In this document: in pieces, positions 18,484 to 28,935 of the stretch
Position numbering within the stretch: the first letter of the stretch is position 1
How the letters are laid out: every line of letters starts with the position of its first letter
Assembly: GCA_049975425.1 (NCBI GenBank)
Contig: JBNGDI010000002.1
Coordinates: 19,186-83,185 of the forward strand
Reading direction: 5' to 3'
DNA: 64,000 nt
Origin: Bacteroidales bacterium
Lineage (GTDB): Bacteria > Bacteroidota > Bacteroidia > Bacteroidales > VadinHA17
Notes under the pieces: model-generated
What the model saw: only the letters and a program-made list of their open reading frames with translations
What the model was told of the DNA's origin: nothing
Database searches by the model: none
Position numbers and translations under genes: made by a program

Positions 18484-19083
18484 TTGAAGTATCTGATAAC
18501 CGGACTCGGAAATCCCGGGCGGGAATATGAAAACACCCGCCATAACATTGGATTTTCAATATTGGACGCCCTGGTAAAAGCGTCCAATATTGCTTTTGAG
18601 GACCGCCGGTATGGATGGATTTCAAGGCTTTCTCACAGGGGAAGAATTTTTGTTCTTCTGAAACCCTCTACATATATGAATCTGAGCGGAAGTGCGGTTC
18701 ATTACTGGCTGAAGAAAGAAAAAATTCCCCTCGAACGTTTGCTGGTTGTGGTAGACGATGTGGCTCTTCCCTTCGGAGTCTTGCGACTCCGGGCTAAAGG
18801 AAGCGATGCGGGACACAACGGCCTGAACCATATCAGCACCATTCTGGGCACACAGAACTATGCGCGCCTGCGTTTCGGAATAGGAGACAATTATGGGCCG
18901 GGACAAAAAGCAGAATACGTGCTTGGTCCCTGGTCGGAAGAAGAAAAAAAACTGTTGCCCCAAAGGATCGAACTGGCAGGAGAAATCATTCTGCAGTTCG
19001 GTGTGCTGGGAGTGGAAAGAACCATGAACCTGTATAATAAGCACGGTAACAATCTGTTGCAGAAAAATGAAGGAAAAACCTGA
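18484..19083 (+). CDS. pth: peptidyl-tRNA hydrolase
   Basis: GLGNPG..Y..TRHNIG, KPSTYMNLSG, GHNGL; TTG start. Confidence 0.96.
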   Translation: MKYLITGLGNPGREYENTRHNIGFSILDALVKASNIAFEDRRYGWISRLSHRGRIFVLLKPSTYMNLSGSAVHYWLKKEKIPLERLLVVVDDVALPFGVLRLRAKGSDAGHNGLNHISTILGTQNYARLRFGIGDNYGPGQKAEYVLGPWSEEEKKLLPQRIELAGEIILQFGVLGVERTMNLYNKHGNNLLQKNEGKT

Positions 19084-19462
19084 AGAAGAAAAGGTTCGTA
19101 TTGATAAATGGCTGTGGGCCGTTAGAATATACAAAACCAGAAGTCAGGCTACCGAAGCATGCCGCAGCGGAAAAGTCTTCGTAAACAATGAACCGGCCAA
19201 ACCCGGCCGGACGATACGGCCCGGTGAGATTGTCGTGGTTAAAAAAGTGCCCGTATGGTACACCTATGAAGTAAAAGCCCTGACTGAAAAAAGGCTTCCG
19301 GCTCCCCTGGCAGCAGAACATTACCGGAACCTTACCCCCGAAGAAGAACTGAACAAATTGAATATTACCAGATTATCGGGATTCGAATACAGGGAAAAAG
19401 GCAGGGGCCGCCCCACAAAACGAGAAAGAAGAGAAATCAACCGCCTCAAGAAGCTCCCCTGA
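19067..19462 (+). CDS. hslR: ribosome-associated heat shock protein Hsp15 (S4 domain)
   Basis: RIDKWLWAVRIYKTRS, GRPTKRERR. Confidence 0.92.
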   Translation: MKEKPEEEKVRIDKWLWAVRIYKTRSQATEACRSGKVFVNNEPAKPGRTIRPGEIVVVKKVPVWYTYEVKALTEKRLPAPLAAEHYRNLTPEEELNKLNITRLSGFEYREKGRGRPTKRERREINRLKKLP

Positions 19463-19476
19463 AAAGAAGATAGTTT

Positions 19477-20022
19477 ATGCTGATAGCCCAACACAAACGA
19501 AAGGAAAACCTTGCCGAATACATCCTGTATTTATGGCAGGTGGAAGACATGATCCGCGCCCATGACTTCTCGATGGAAAAAATCAAAAAAAACATCATTG
19601 GACCCTTTGGTTTGCCTCCCGATATTCAGCAGAAAACGGAGGAATGGTACAGCCAGCTGGTTCATCTGATGAAGAAGGAAAAAATTGAAGGCACCGGACA
19701 CTGCCGTTTCCTCATTAATCTGGTAAACGATCTGCACCAGCTTCACCTAGAGCTACTCGACCGGCCGGAAGAAACCACCTACAGGCATCTTTACCGGCAG
19801 GCCGAACCACATATCAGGGCCCTGGAAGAAAAAAGCCTCCACAGGTATATGCATGAAACCGACACATGCCTGCATGGCCTTTATGGTTTGTTGCTACTGA
19901 AACTGCAAAAACGCAAAGTACATCCTGAAACACAGGATGCGTTTCAGCATATCGGGAAAATGATTTCCTACCTGGCAGCCCGATACAAAGCCCGCGAAGA
20001 AGAGGAAGAATACCTGGAATAA
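19477..20022 (+). CDS. DUF4924-like Bacteroidota protein
   Basis: MLIA..KRKENLAEYILYLWQVEDMIRA N-terminus. Confidence 0.75.
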   Translation: MLIAQHKRKENLAEYILYLWQVEDMIRAHDFSMEKIKKNIIGPFGLPPDIQQKTEEWYSQLVHLMKKEKIEGTGHCRFLINLVNDLHQLHLELLDRPEETTYRHLYRQAEPHIRALEEKSLHRYMHETDTCLHGLYGLLLLKLQKRKVHPETQDAFQHIGKMISYLAARYKAREEEEEYLE

Positions 20023-20025
20023 AAC

Positions 20026-20054
20026 AATCCCCGGCCTGCTGCTGAGCCGGGAAT
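20026..20054. terminator. hairpin between convergent genes
   Basis: CCCGGC/GCCGGG stem. Confidence 0.4.
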
Positions 20055-20078
20055 CTGTTCCTGGTTCCGAACTCCCTG

Positions 20079-20966
20079 TCAGAACTTACAGGAAAACCCT
20101 AACCCGAATACTTCCTTGAACTGGACCTTCGGCCTTTTTATCCCATCATCGTCAATCAATCTGATGTTGTCATCATAAATCAGATGGGTATTGATATTGG
20201 CACTGATATACTGGTTTATTGTCATGGTGATCAGCACCTCCCAGTTAACATCCACATTCTGGGGTTTATCGAGGTAATTGGAGAAAAGATCCAGTTTGGT
20301 AAGCAGATCCACATTGGTAACCACCGGAGTTTTGAAAGCCATTTTATAATAGCCTCCGAATTCGCCCCTGATTTTTTTTCCTGGCTCAAGCCCGAATCCC
20401 GTGGCAAGTTCCGGGTCGATTACTATGGTCGTCTTTGAAGTGAGCGGTGATAAAAACAATGTGAAATTGTCACCAGGCTTGTAATCCATACCAAGGGAAG
20501 CAGTAATATAGGCCGGTGCAAAGAAAGATGAAATAACAGTTGAATCATTGGGATAGTCATACCCGTCAGCGAACTGTGTCTTAAAACCGACCATACCACT
20601 GTAGTACCATTTCCCCGGTGCTTTCCGGCCATATTTCGAGGAAAACTCGAGCCTGTCATCACTTTTCCGAACACCCTGACCCTCATTATTCAGCAACCCA
20701 TATCCCATGTCCAGGTTATTGTCCCAGGTCATTTGTCCTTTCTTCAAATTTGCAAACATGTTCACAAAAGCATTCCCGGCAATAGAATTGGCCCCACCGG
20801 AAGCCCAGTTTACAAGGGAAACCTGGGAAAATGCAAGAGAACCGGCACCTCCTGTCTTCCATCCTTCCAGTGAATCCGTTGATTCCTGTCCATGGGTAGT
20901 GAATGGGAACCAAACCAGCAAACCTGCCAGTATTATGTACTTTTTCATCTTATCTTTTATTTTCAT
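20079..20966 (-). CDS. DUF3078 outer-membrane beta-barrel protein
   Basis: WKTGG, NWASGG, KSDD, FKTQF, YDDN, terminal Phe. Confidence 0.8.
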   Translation of the reverse strand: MKIKDKMKKYIILAGLLVWFPFTTHGQESTDSLEGWKTGGAGSLAFSQVSLVNWASGGANSIAGNAFVNMFANLKKGQMTWDNNLDMGYGLLNNEGQGVRKSDDRLEFSSKYGRKAPGKWYYSGMVGFKTQFADGYDYPNDSTVISSFFAPAYITASLGMDYKPGDNFTLFLSPLTSKTTIVIDPELATGFGLEPGKKIRGEFGGYYKMAFKTPVVTNVDLLTKLDLFSNYLDKPQNVDVNWEVLITMTINQYISANINTHLIYDDNIRLIDDDGIKRPKVQFKEVFGLGFSCKF

Positions 20967-21180
20967 ATTTTTTCTGTAAATAGATGCACATCGGTCTGTG
21001 GAAAAAGGGATTAAACGTTAAAGCTACACAATTCTTTCATTATTATTTGTTTTGTTCAACAAGATCGTATGAATAACTGACAAATAACCGGTACCGGGAT
21101 CCCGGCGAGAGAGCCTGTTGCTCATGATAAAACAAATTATTTTTTTATCTTGTCCGGGCTAACCATCAATACTGCATGTA

Positions 21181-22146
21181 ATGCTGGAATCACTCAAAGT
21201 GCTCGATGAGTTGAGGCTGAATTTTTCCCAGAGCGGACTCTTCATCCTGAACCTGACACTGGCGTTTATTATGTTTGGTGTTGCTCTGGAAATAAAACTC
21301 GAACATTTCAAGAAAGTAATACTGAATCCCGTTTCTACCCTGGTAGGAGTATTTTCCCAGTTTTTTCTTTTACCTCTGGTCACATTTCTCATCACCATCC
21401 TGCTGAGGCATTACATTACCCCCACCATCGCCCTGGGCATGATTCTGGTAGCTTCATGCCCGGGTGGGAATATCTCCAATTTCATGTCTTCTCTTGCCAG
21501 AGGCAACGTGGCACTTTCAGTAAGCCTTACTGCCATTGCCACTCTTTCTGCCATTTTTATGACTCCGCTGAATTTCTCTCTGTGGGGGGGATTGTTTACT
21601 GAAATCTACAGCAGAACCGATGCCTCCGGCCTGGTCAGGCCCCTGGAGATTGATGTAATGCAAATGTTTCAAACGGTTTTCATCCTGCTGGGCATCCCCC
21701 TGGTTCTGGGAATGTGGTTCAACCATCGCTTCCCCGACCTCACAAAAAAAATTGTGGTTCCCATAAAGCGGCTGTCCGTTGTGTTCTTTATGGGAATGGT
21801 GGTAATGGCATTTATGAACAATTTCGACTATTTTAAAGCCCATATAAAATACATATTCCTGCTGGTACTTATCCATAATACCGTGGCACTTACAACAGGT
21901 TATTCCATAGCCTCTCTGTTCAGGCGCAACGCCACTGACAGAAAGACCATATCCATCGAAACCGGAATACAAAATTCCGGTCTGGGCCTGGTTCTTCTTT
22001 TCAACCCCAAAATATTCCCGCCCGATCTGGCCATTGGAGGGATGGCTTTTATTACGGCGTGGTGGGGCATATGGCATATCCTGTCAGGACTTGGAATCGC
22101 CGGCCTGTGGGGGCGCAGGCGAAAAAGGGTTGTCGCAATCCAGTAA
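21181..22146 (+). CDS. bile acid:sodium symporter (BASS) family transporter
   Basis: MFGVAL, CPGGNISN, ETGIQNSGL. Confidence 0.92.
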   Translation: MLESLKVLDELRLNFSQSGLFILNLTLAFIMFGVALEIKLEHFKKVILNPVSTLVGVFSQFFLLPLVTFLITILLRHYITPTIALGMILVASCPGGNISNFMSSLARGNVALSVSLTAIATLSAIFMTPLNFSLWGGLFTEIYSRTDASGLVRPLEIDVMQMFQTVFILLGIPLVLGMWFNHRFPDLTKKIVVPIKRLSVVFFMGMVVMAFMNNFDYFKAHIKYIFLLVLIHNTVALTTGYSIASLFRRNATDRKTISIETGIQNSGLGLVLLFNPKIFPPDLAIGGMAFITAWWGIWHILSGLGIAGLWGRRRKRVVAIQ

Positions 22147-22161
22147 TAGAAACACGGCCAT

Positions 22162-23553
22162 ATGATGGAACACATTAGATGGAAAAATCTTGAGCGCGAA
22201 TCAATCAGATATGCCCTGCTGAAGATAGGGGTCAAATTGTGGCACAATTTGTTTTATTACCGGAAGGTAACTGCGCTGAACACACATAAAATTCCCGAAA
22301 ACCGGCCTCTTATATTTGCCCCCAACCATGAAAACGCCGCTATGGACGGACTGGCAGTACTGTGTACCACCCGTGGCCAGCCGGTTTTTCTGGCACGTTC
22401 TGATATATTCAAAAAGAAACTGCCCGCCCTGTTGCTGACTTTCCTCAAAATCATGCCCATTTACCGTATTCGCGACGGGATCAGCAGCCTGCAGAAAAAT
22501 GACAGGGTATTCCAGAAAACGGTCGAAATCCTGAAAAGAAAACGACCCCTGGTCATACTGCCCGAAGGAAACCATGCTGAATTCAAAAGACTTCGCCCAT
22601 TGAAGAAGGGTATTACGCGTATCGCTTTTCAGGCAGAGGAAGCCTCAGGATATAACCTGGGAATAAATATCGTTCCGGTTGGGATTGATTACCGCGATAT
22701 TTACAAATTCAATACCGATGTACTGGTGAATTACGGCGATCCCATTGATGTATCAGAATATTTCGATCTCTACAGGGAAAACGCTCAGAAAGGAATGCTG
22801 GCCCTGCGGGAACACCTGGCTTCTGCCATTCGGAAATTGATGGTACATATTCCCACGGAAAAATATTATCATGGGTATATGGGATTACTCGATCTGTATT
22901 TCCATCGGATGAAAACACGGATGCAACTTTCCGGGAACACGCATGCCAATAAATTCCAGTCCGACCGGAAACTAGTGGAAATTCTGAATCGTTTTCTGGA
23001 AAAAGATCCTGAGACTGTAGCCGAGCTGAGCTGTAAAGCAGAAAAATTTTTCGCCCTCATGAAAAAGCTGAGGCTCAGAAACTGGCTTTTTGAAAAAGAC
23101 AGGATTTCTTTTACGGGTATTTTCCTTCACGGATTACTGCTGGTAATCGGTTTTCCGGTGTTCCTGACCGGTCTCCTGACCAACTACATCCCCTGGCACA
23201 TTCCCGTAAAAGTTACTGAACAGTTTGAGGATAAGGTCTTTATTTCAACTGTTAAGTTTGTGGTCTCTTTCCTCCTGTTTCCCCTGTATTATCTTCTTTT
23301 ATTCATACTCTTCTGGATCATTTCCGGCAATCTTCTGATAGCTCTTGGCGGATTTACCCTTTGTGCTTTTACCGGGTGGATTGGATTCAAATATTTCATT
23401 TCATGGAAAAAATGGTTGGGGAAATACCGTTATCGCAGGTTCATGAGAAAGAAAAACAAAACCTTTAATGAAGCAAAAAACCTCAGAAATGAATTGATCT
23501 CCAGGATGGATGAACTGGTGGCTTCCGTCTTTCCCATGCCGGAATCTTCCTGA
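22162..23553 (+). CDS. PlsC-like lysophospholipid acyltransferase with C-terminal TM region
   Basis: NHENAAMD, FLAR, PIYR, PEG, IVPVG motifs. Confidence 0.85.
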   Translation: MMEHIRWKNLERESIRYALLKIGVKLWHNLFYYRKVTALNTHKIPENRPLIFAPNHENAAMDGLAVLCTTRGQPVFLARSDIFKKKLPALLLTFLKIMPIYRIRDGISSLQKNDRVFQKTVEILKRKRPLVILPEGNHAEFKRLRPLKKGITRIAFQAEEASGYNLGINIVPVGIDYRDIYKFNTDVLVNYGDPIDVSEYFDLYRENAQKGMLALREHLASAIRKLMVHIPTEKYYHGYMGLLDLYFHRMKTRMQLSGNTHANKFQSDRKLVEILNRFLEKDPETVAELSCKAEKFFALMKKLRLRNWLFEKDRISFTGIFLHGLLLVIGFPVFLTGLLTNYIPWHIPVKVTEQFEDKVFISTVKFVVSFLLFPLYYLLLFILFWIISGNLLIALGGFTLCAFTGWIGFKYFISWKKWLGKYRYRRFMRKKNKTFNEAKNLRNELISRMDELVASVFPMPESS

Positions 23554-23576
23554 TGTGCCGGAAACCTTTCAAACGG

Positions 23577-24800
23577 TTAGTTTCCGGCCGCTGCTTCCAC
23601 CTCCCGGAAAACCCGCATAAAATTTCCTCCCCAGATTTTTCTGATCTCTTCTTCCGAATAACCCCTTTTTACCAGTTCCATGGTTATGCTGTGCATTTCA
23701 CTCACATCAAAACAATCCTTCAGCCCCCCGCCACCGTCGAAATCACTTCCTATCCCTACATGATCGATACCGGCAACCTCAACCACATGATCAATATGTT
23801 CCACCATGTCTGACACGGTGGGCAGAACGGGTGGATATTTCCGGTCCAGTGCATACCATTCCTGACGTACTTTTTCCATGGTTTCCTCGTCAAGTTCTGA
23901 GAAATTCCCGTATTTCTCCCTGAGTGCCACCCGGGCAGAGTCGCGCTGGGGATTGGATTCCATGTCAGCCACATAGGAAGGAACAAAACAGATTTGCACC
24001 ACTCCTCCATTGGTTGCCAGAGCCTTCAGCATATCATCGTCCAGATTTCTCGGGCTTGTACACAGGGCGCGGGTACATGAATGGGAAGCAATCACCGGGG
24101 CGCGGGTTATCTTAAGCACATCATAAAAGGCTTCATCACTGATATGCGAAACATCAATCATCATTCCCAGCCGGTTCATTTCTTTTACTACCTCTTCACC
24201 AAAGGGTGAAAGGCCATAATGCTCCGGTCCGCCAGGATCAGTCGATGAATCACAGATATCATTGTTGCTGCTGTGGCAAAGCGTTATATACCTGGCGCCC
24301 AGGCGGTAATATTCCTCCACCATTTCAAGATCCGTTCCAATAGGGTATCCGTTTTCCAGACCGATATACACAGCCCGTTTCCCCGTCTTTTCGATCCGGT
24401 ATCCGTCATCGGGGGTATAAGCCAGTTCAGCCTGTTCACTGTTACTCTCCACTGCATCCTTCAATACCGAAAAAATCTCATCTGTTGTTGCCCTGGCTTT
24501 CCTGATACTTTCCGGAGTTCGTTCTCCCTGCCCGATAAAAACAGCAAAAAATATGGCATCCAACCCCCCTTCCTTCATGCGGGGAAAATCAACTTTACTG
24601 CCGTTTTCATAGGGATCATTCCGTTTCCCAATATCAAAATATTCCCCTCCGATTCGTAACGGAGTATCTGTGTGTGTATCCACAGTAAAAACCTTTTCAT
24701 GGATTTTTTCTGCCTTTCGCTGTATCCGATATTCGTTCTTTGTACTTTGACAACCCGAAAAAAGAAGACCGGAAATCAGGACTAAATAATTCAGTTTCAT
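23577..24800 (-). CDS. membrane dipeptidase (M19), lipoprotein
   Basis: Lipobox FSGC, DTHTD, ENG, DVSH, ASHS, GSDFDG, GGN. Confidence 0.92.
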   Translation of the reverse strand: MKLNYLVLISGLLFSGCQSTKNEYRIQRKAEKIHEKVFTVDTHTDTPLRIGGEYFDIGKRNDPYENGSKVDFPRMKEGGLDAIFFAVFIGQGERTPESIRKARATTDEIFSVLKDAVESNSEQAELAYTPDDGYRIEKTGKRAVYIGLENGYPIGTDLEMVEEYYRLGARYITLCHSSNNDICDSSTDPGGPEHYGLSPFGEEVVKEMNRLGMMIDVSHISDEAFYDVLKITRAPVIASHSCTRALCTSPRNLDDDMLKALATNGGVVQICFVPSYVADMESNPQRDSARVALREKYGNFSELDEETMEKVRQEWYALDRKYPPVLPTVSDMVEHIDHVVEVAGIDHVGIGSDFDGGGGLKDCFDVSEMHSITMELVKRGYSEEEIRKIWGGNFMRVFREVEAAAGN

Positions 24801-24868
24801 TTTTTTAAACAGTTTATTTACAGTGTAAAAAAATCTTTTCTTTTGAATTAATCAGACCCTGAAATTAT

Positions 24869-24902
24869 AAAAAAATAAGAGGTTGTTCGCAAACAACCTC
24901 TT
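24869..24902 (-). terminator. intrinsic terminator after the YceI gene
   Basis: 11-bp AAGAGGTTGTT/AACAACCTCTT stem, T-run on the minus strand. Confidence 0.75.
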
Positions 24903-24923
24903 CATTTATTCTCTTTCAGCAGA

Positions 24924-25601
24924 TTAATCAGTAACAATACTAATCTTCAACCCCATTTCATCGTAAATAAATTGATCTTTCAGGTTGTCAAATATTTTCT
25001 GTGAACCATAATTCACTCCCCATGCCGTACGGTCAATGGTGAATGAATTGGTTTCGCCAACATAAATCTCACCTTCGCGGTAAACCCGTCCTGGAAATGA
25101 AATTCCTCTGATAATTCCCTTCATCGTTAAATTTCCTGTGATCAGATGAGTGGATTTAAATTCACCCTCCACCCCGGGTATGTCATCTTTTTTTTCCACG
25201 CGGGTAATGACAAATGTGGCCACTGGAAAGGAATCCACATGAAAAAAATCTGACGATTTCAAATGTCCAACAAGCTGGGCGTTCATATCCGGATCATCAA
25301 GGTCTTCATTCACAATGGTCTGAAGATCGATCACAAATTCTCCTCCGTTGATTTCACCATTCTTCACTGTAACATAACCCTCACGAATCATCACGGTACC
25401 ATGGTGATTGCCGGTAGGCTTGGAGCCCGTCCATTCAATCCGGCTCTTCTCCGTGTTAACAGGAATCTGTGTCCCATCTGTAATCTTTAGTTCTGTGGCT
25501 TCTTTTGTTTCTGCTCTTGTCCCGCCGGGACCCTGATTGCATGATGACAATGCAAGGGCAAACCCCATAAGTATGATCATGCCTGATCTGATTGTTTTCA
25601 T
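24924..25601 (-). CDS. YceI family lipoprotein
   Basis: Lipobox LSSC, S.IEW.G.K, HLKSSDFF, GNLTMKG, IDRT.WG. Confidence 0.9.
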   Translation of the reverse strand: MKTIRSGMIILMGFALALSSCNQGPGGTRAETKEATELKITDGTQIPVNTEKSRIEWTGSKPTGNHHGTVMIREGYVTVKNGEINGGEFVIDLQTIVNEDLDDPDMNAQLVGHLKSSDFFHVDSFPVATFVITRVEKKDDIPGVEGEFKSTHLITGNLTMKGIIRGISFPGRVYREGEIYVGETNSFTIDRTAWGVNYGSQKIFDNLKDQFIYDEMGLKISIVTD

Positions 25602-25701
25602 ATTTTCAATTTTAGTCTATCCAACATAGTAAACAGAAAAACAATCCCTCAACCGGAATGTTCATTGCATTAATCAATAAAAGGAAAGGAGCTGGCAGAA
25701 A

Positions 25702-26331
25702 CTAGTGGGGAAAGAAAAGGCTGATGATCACAATGGATCCTACCAGTACCAGAAAACCTCCAGAAATTCGGTTTACCCAGAGCAATCCTCTCAAGCGCAG
25801 GTGTGTACGGAAACTGTAAACCAGTGAACTGAGAAAAAACCACCATAGAGAAGCACCAACAAACACTCCCGTAAAAAGAATAATATTCTGTAACAGGCTG
25901 GTCTGGTCAAGTACCACGTTCAAGGCTGTAAAAATACCAAGAAACAACAGGATGGCCATGGGATTGGAAAGAGTGAACAGCAACACGGAAACAAAATCCT
26001 GTACCAGGTTGTTTTTTGACACCTTTTTGTTTCTGAATTTTTTCACCGGATTTGTGCTGAAAAGACGCCAGCCGAAATACATGATAAATATTCCTCCCAG
26101 GATCTGAAAATAGAGTTCCTGCTGGTGGATGAAATTGATAACAAAAGTAATTCCAAATCCGGTGACCAGCGCAAAAATGGTATCGGCTGTAGCAGCCCCT
26201 AATCCTGAAAAAAAACCGCTGTATCTTCCGTGGTTCAGAGTACGTGTTACACAAACCATCCCCATCGGTCCGATAGGCACAGAAACTGCCAGCCCAATAA
26301 GCAAACCCTTCAATAACAAAATTGTATTCAT
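25702..26331 (-). CDS. LysE/RhtB family exporter
   Basis: PIGP, GAATAD, LSNP, six TM segments. Confidence 0.88.
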   Translation of the reverse strand: MNTILLLKGLLIGLAVSVPIGPMGMVCVTRTLNHGRYSGFFSGLGAATADTIFALVTGFGITFVINFIHQQELYFQILGGIFIMYFGWRLFSTNPVKKFRNKKVSKNNLVQDFVSVLLFTLSNPMAILLFLGIFTALNVVLDQTSLLQNIILFTGVFVGASLWWFFLSSLVYSFRTHLRLRGLLWVNRISGGFLVLVGSIVIISLFFPH

Positions 26332-26505
26332 GCTTTACTCAATCCCTCGTAAATTCCCCGTTTTCAATCCCATATACCTGTGCAGAGTAAATTTTAAGGG
26401 GTGAAAATAAGAAAAATTAATGAACAATTACCTTAATGGCACAAAAAATCCAATACCAGATGCACAAATATTGCACCAAAGTCTTCATTCAGGATAAAAT
26501 ATATT

Positions 26506-27930
26506 CTAAATCAAACGGGAACGTACCAGCAACCGGGGTTCCATCATTTCGGCAATGGCATATTTCAACCCTTCCCTGCCGAATCCCGAATCTTTTACTC
26601 CTCCGTATGGCATGTGATCGACACGAAATGTGGGCACATCATTCATGATCACTGCGCCGGTACGGGTATATTCAAAAGCATATTGTTCCTCTGCCAGGTC
26701 GTGCGTAAAAACTCCCGCCTGTAACCCGTATCTCGAATCGTTGATCCTCCCGATAGCTTCAGAAAAATCATTAAAGGGTTCCACACTCACCACCGGCCCG
26801 AATACCTCCAGGGCACATACTTTCATATCGGGAAGAGTTCCGCTGAGAATCGTCGGTTCCACAAAGCTACCCCTTCTTTTTCCTCCGCTCAGGACTTTTG
26901 CACCCCCATTCTCCGCTTCTCTTATCCATTCCTCCACCCTCATGGCATTTTCTTCATCAATCATCACGGAAATATCGGTATCAGGATCAAGTGGGTCTCC
27001 GTATTTCAGTTTTCCCGCACCGGCCGCAAATTTCTCAATAAATGAATCAAACAGGTTTGTATGTACAAAAATCCTCTGCACATGGATGCACACCTGACCG
27101 GAATAGGCAAAACCACCCGTCAGGCATTTGCTCACAGCTGTATCCAGATCGGCAGAACGGGATATCACCACACCTGCATTCCCGCCCAGTTCCAGCAGCA
27201 CTTTCTTCTTCCCTGCCTGGTTTTTCATAGCCCATCCAACTTCCGGGGAGCCGGTAAATGACAGCATATGGATCCGTTCATCGGTCACCAGCTGGTTCCC
27301 TGCCTTCCGGTCCATGGGCAGGATAGAAACACCGCCGGCAGGCCATCCGCTCTTTTGAATAAGCTTTGCAAGTTCAAGAACCGATAGCGGAGTTGACCGG
27401 GCAGGTTTCAGAATAATGGCATTCCCGGCAGCCATAGCAGGCGCAATTTTATGAACCGCCAGGTTCAGAGGGAAATTAAACGGAGCAATACCGGCCACCA
27501 GCCCCAGTGGAAAATGTTTAACCAGTCCTTCCTTTCCCACACCTGCAGGAGTCCAGTCCAGACTGAGATATTCACGTGGCAGTCGCCTCGATTCTTCCGC
27601 CGCCACATGAAAAACCTGGATGGCGCGATCAATTTCTGCCAGAGCATACTTCAGCGGTTTCCCCGATTCCATAGCCAGCACTCTGGCAAGCCGTTCCCGT
27701 TCAGCTGAGATCATGGAAGAAATGCTTTCCAGAATATTGTATCTGTAATATCCTGGCAACGCCTGTAACTCTCCTGATACCTCCTCTGCTTTCCTGACAG
27801 CATCTTCCAGCTCAGATTTCCCGGCCAGGTATGTCCCGGCAATGACCTCCCCTGAATAAGGGTTCATTACCGGAAGGTCGGTAGCGGTTTCCCGGAATAT
27901 ACCTCCCACAAATATCGGATATGTTTCCAT
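26506..27930 (-). CDS. NAD(P)-dependent aldehyde dehydrogenase
   Basis: PFNFP, FTGS, LELGGN, GQVC, EVFGP, YGL. Confidence 0.93.
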   Translation of the reverse strand: METYPIFVGGIFRETATDLPVMNPYSGEVIAGTYLAGKSELEDAVRKAEEVSGELQALPGYYRYNILESISSMISAERERLARVLAMESGKPLKYALAEIDRAIQVFHVAAEESRRLPREYLSLDWTPAGVGKEGLVKHFPLGLVAGIAPFNFPLNLAVHKIAPAMAAGNAIILKPARSTPLSVLELAKLIQKSGWPAGGVSILPMDRKAGNQLVTDERIHMLSFTGSPEVGWAMKNQAGKKKVLLELGGNAGVVISRSADLDTAVSKCLTGGFAYSGQVCIHVQRIFVHTNLFDSFIEKFAAGAGKLKYGDPLDPDTDISVMIDEENAMRVEEWIREAENGGAKVLSGGKRRGSFVEPTILSGTLPDMKVCALEVFGPVVSVEPFNDFSEAIGRINDSRYGLQAGVFTHDLAEEQYAFEYTRTGAVIMNDVPTFRVDHMPYGGVKDSGFGREGLKYAIAEMMEPRLLVRSRLI

Positions 27931-28006
27931 GCTTTTTTTTATTAAAGATAAGAAATCAAAGCTTTTTATCTTAACGGTTACCTTCCCGATATTCTTTTCA
28001 AATTTC

Positions 28007-28014
28007 TATCTTTG
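28007..28014 (+). promoter_or_regulatory. sigma-A -7 box for the EamA gene
   Basis: TATCTTTG. Confidence 0.6.
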
Positions 28015-28029
28015 CCCAAATTTTGGGTT

Positions 28030-28914
28030 ATGCTCGAGAAGAAAAGATGGCAATGGGCTGTTCTCCTGGTACTTTCATTAATCTGGGGATCCTCCTTCAT
28101 TCTGATGAAACGTGGACTGGAATCATTCAATCCCTACCAGGTAGCTGCTTTCCGCATCTTCCTTTCCTTTGTTTTCCTCCTGCCCCTGATTTTACAGCGA
28201 TTGAAACGATTGAACCGGAAAAATCTGAGATCCATTCTGATCGTTGGTTTTATCGGGAACTTTTTCCCGGCATTTCTTTTCACCACGGCCCAGACCCAGA
28301 TCAACAGTTCCCTGGCCGGTATTCTCAATTCCTGTACACCGCTGTTCACCCTGCTCGTAGGGATCCTGATCTATAAAACCAGGTTCCTGATGATCAATGT
28401 CATCGGATTATTCCTCGGGTTTATCGGGGCCATCGGTTTAATATACAACGGAGGACTCATATTGAACGGCGGGAATCCCTGGTTCGCCCTCTTCATAATT
28501 CTGGCTACCCTGTTCTACGCCATCAGCGTAAATGAAATCAGGAATTATTTGCATCAGATGGACGGAGCCACCATCTCATCACTGGCATTCCTGTTCATTG
28601 GGCCGGTTGCGGGCATCTACCTGATCTTTTCCGATTACAGTACAGCCATGGCTACACCCAACCACTGGAAAAATTTCGGATACATTGTTCTTCTGGCTTT
28701 TTTCGGATCCTTTATCGCCACCATCCTGTTCAATGAACTGGTGAGAAGGACATCGGCCATTTTCGGAGCATCGGTTACCTATCTCATACCGGCTTTTGCC
28801 ATTATGTGGGGAATTTTCGACGGTGAATCATTCGGGTTCGAACAATTCCTATGGGTTCTGGTCGTACTGGCAGGCGTATATCTGGTCAATAAGAAAAAGC
28901 TTGTCATGCTCTGA
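28030..28914 (+). CDS. EamA/DMT family transporter
   Basis: IWGSSF, two EamA repeats, ten TM segments. Confidence 0.92.
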   Translation: MLEKKRWQWAVLLVLSLIWGSSFILMKRGLESFNPYQVAAFRIFLSFVFLLPLILQRLKRLNRKNLRSILIVGFIGNFFPAFLFTTAQTQINSSLAGILNSCTPLFTLLVGILIYKTRFLMINVIGLFLGFIGAIGLIYNGGLILNGGNPWFALFIILATLFYAISVNEIRNYLHQMDGATISSLAFLFIGPVAGIYLIFSDYSTAMATPNHWKNFGYIVLLAFFGSFIATILFNELVRRTSAIFGASVTYLIPAFAIMWGIFDGESFGFEQFLWVLVVLAGVYLVNKKKLVML

Positions 28915-28935
28915 GAAATATGCCCTGTCTGTTCC

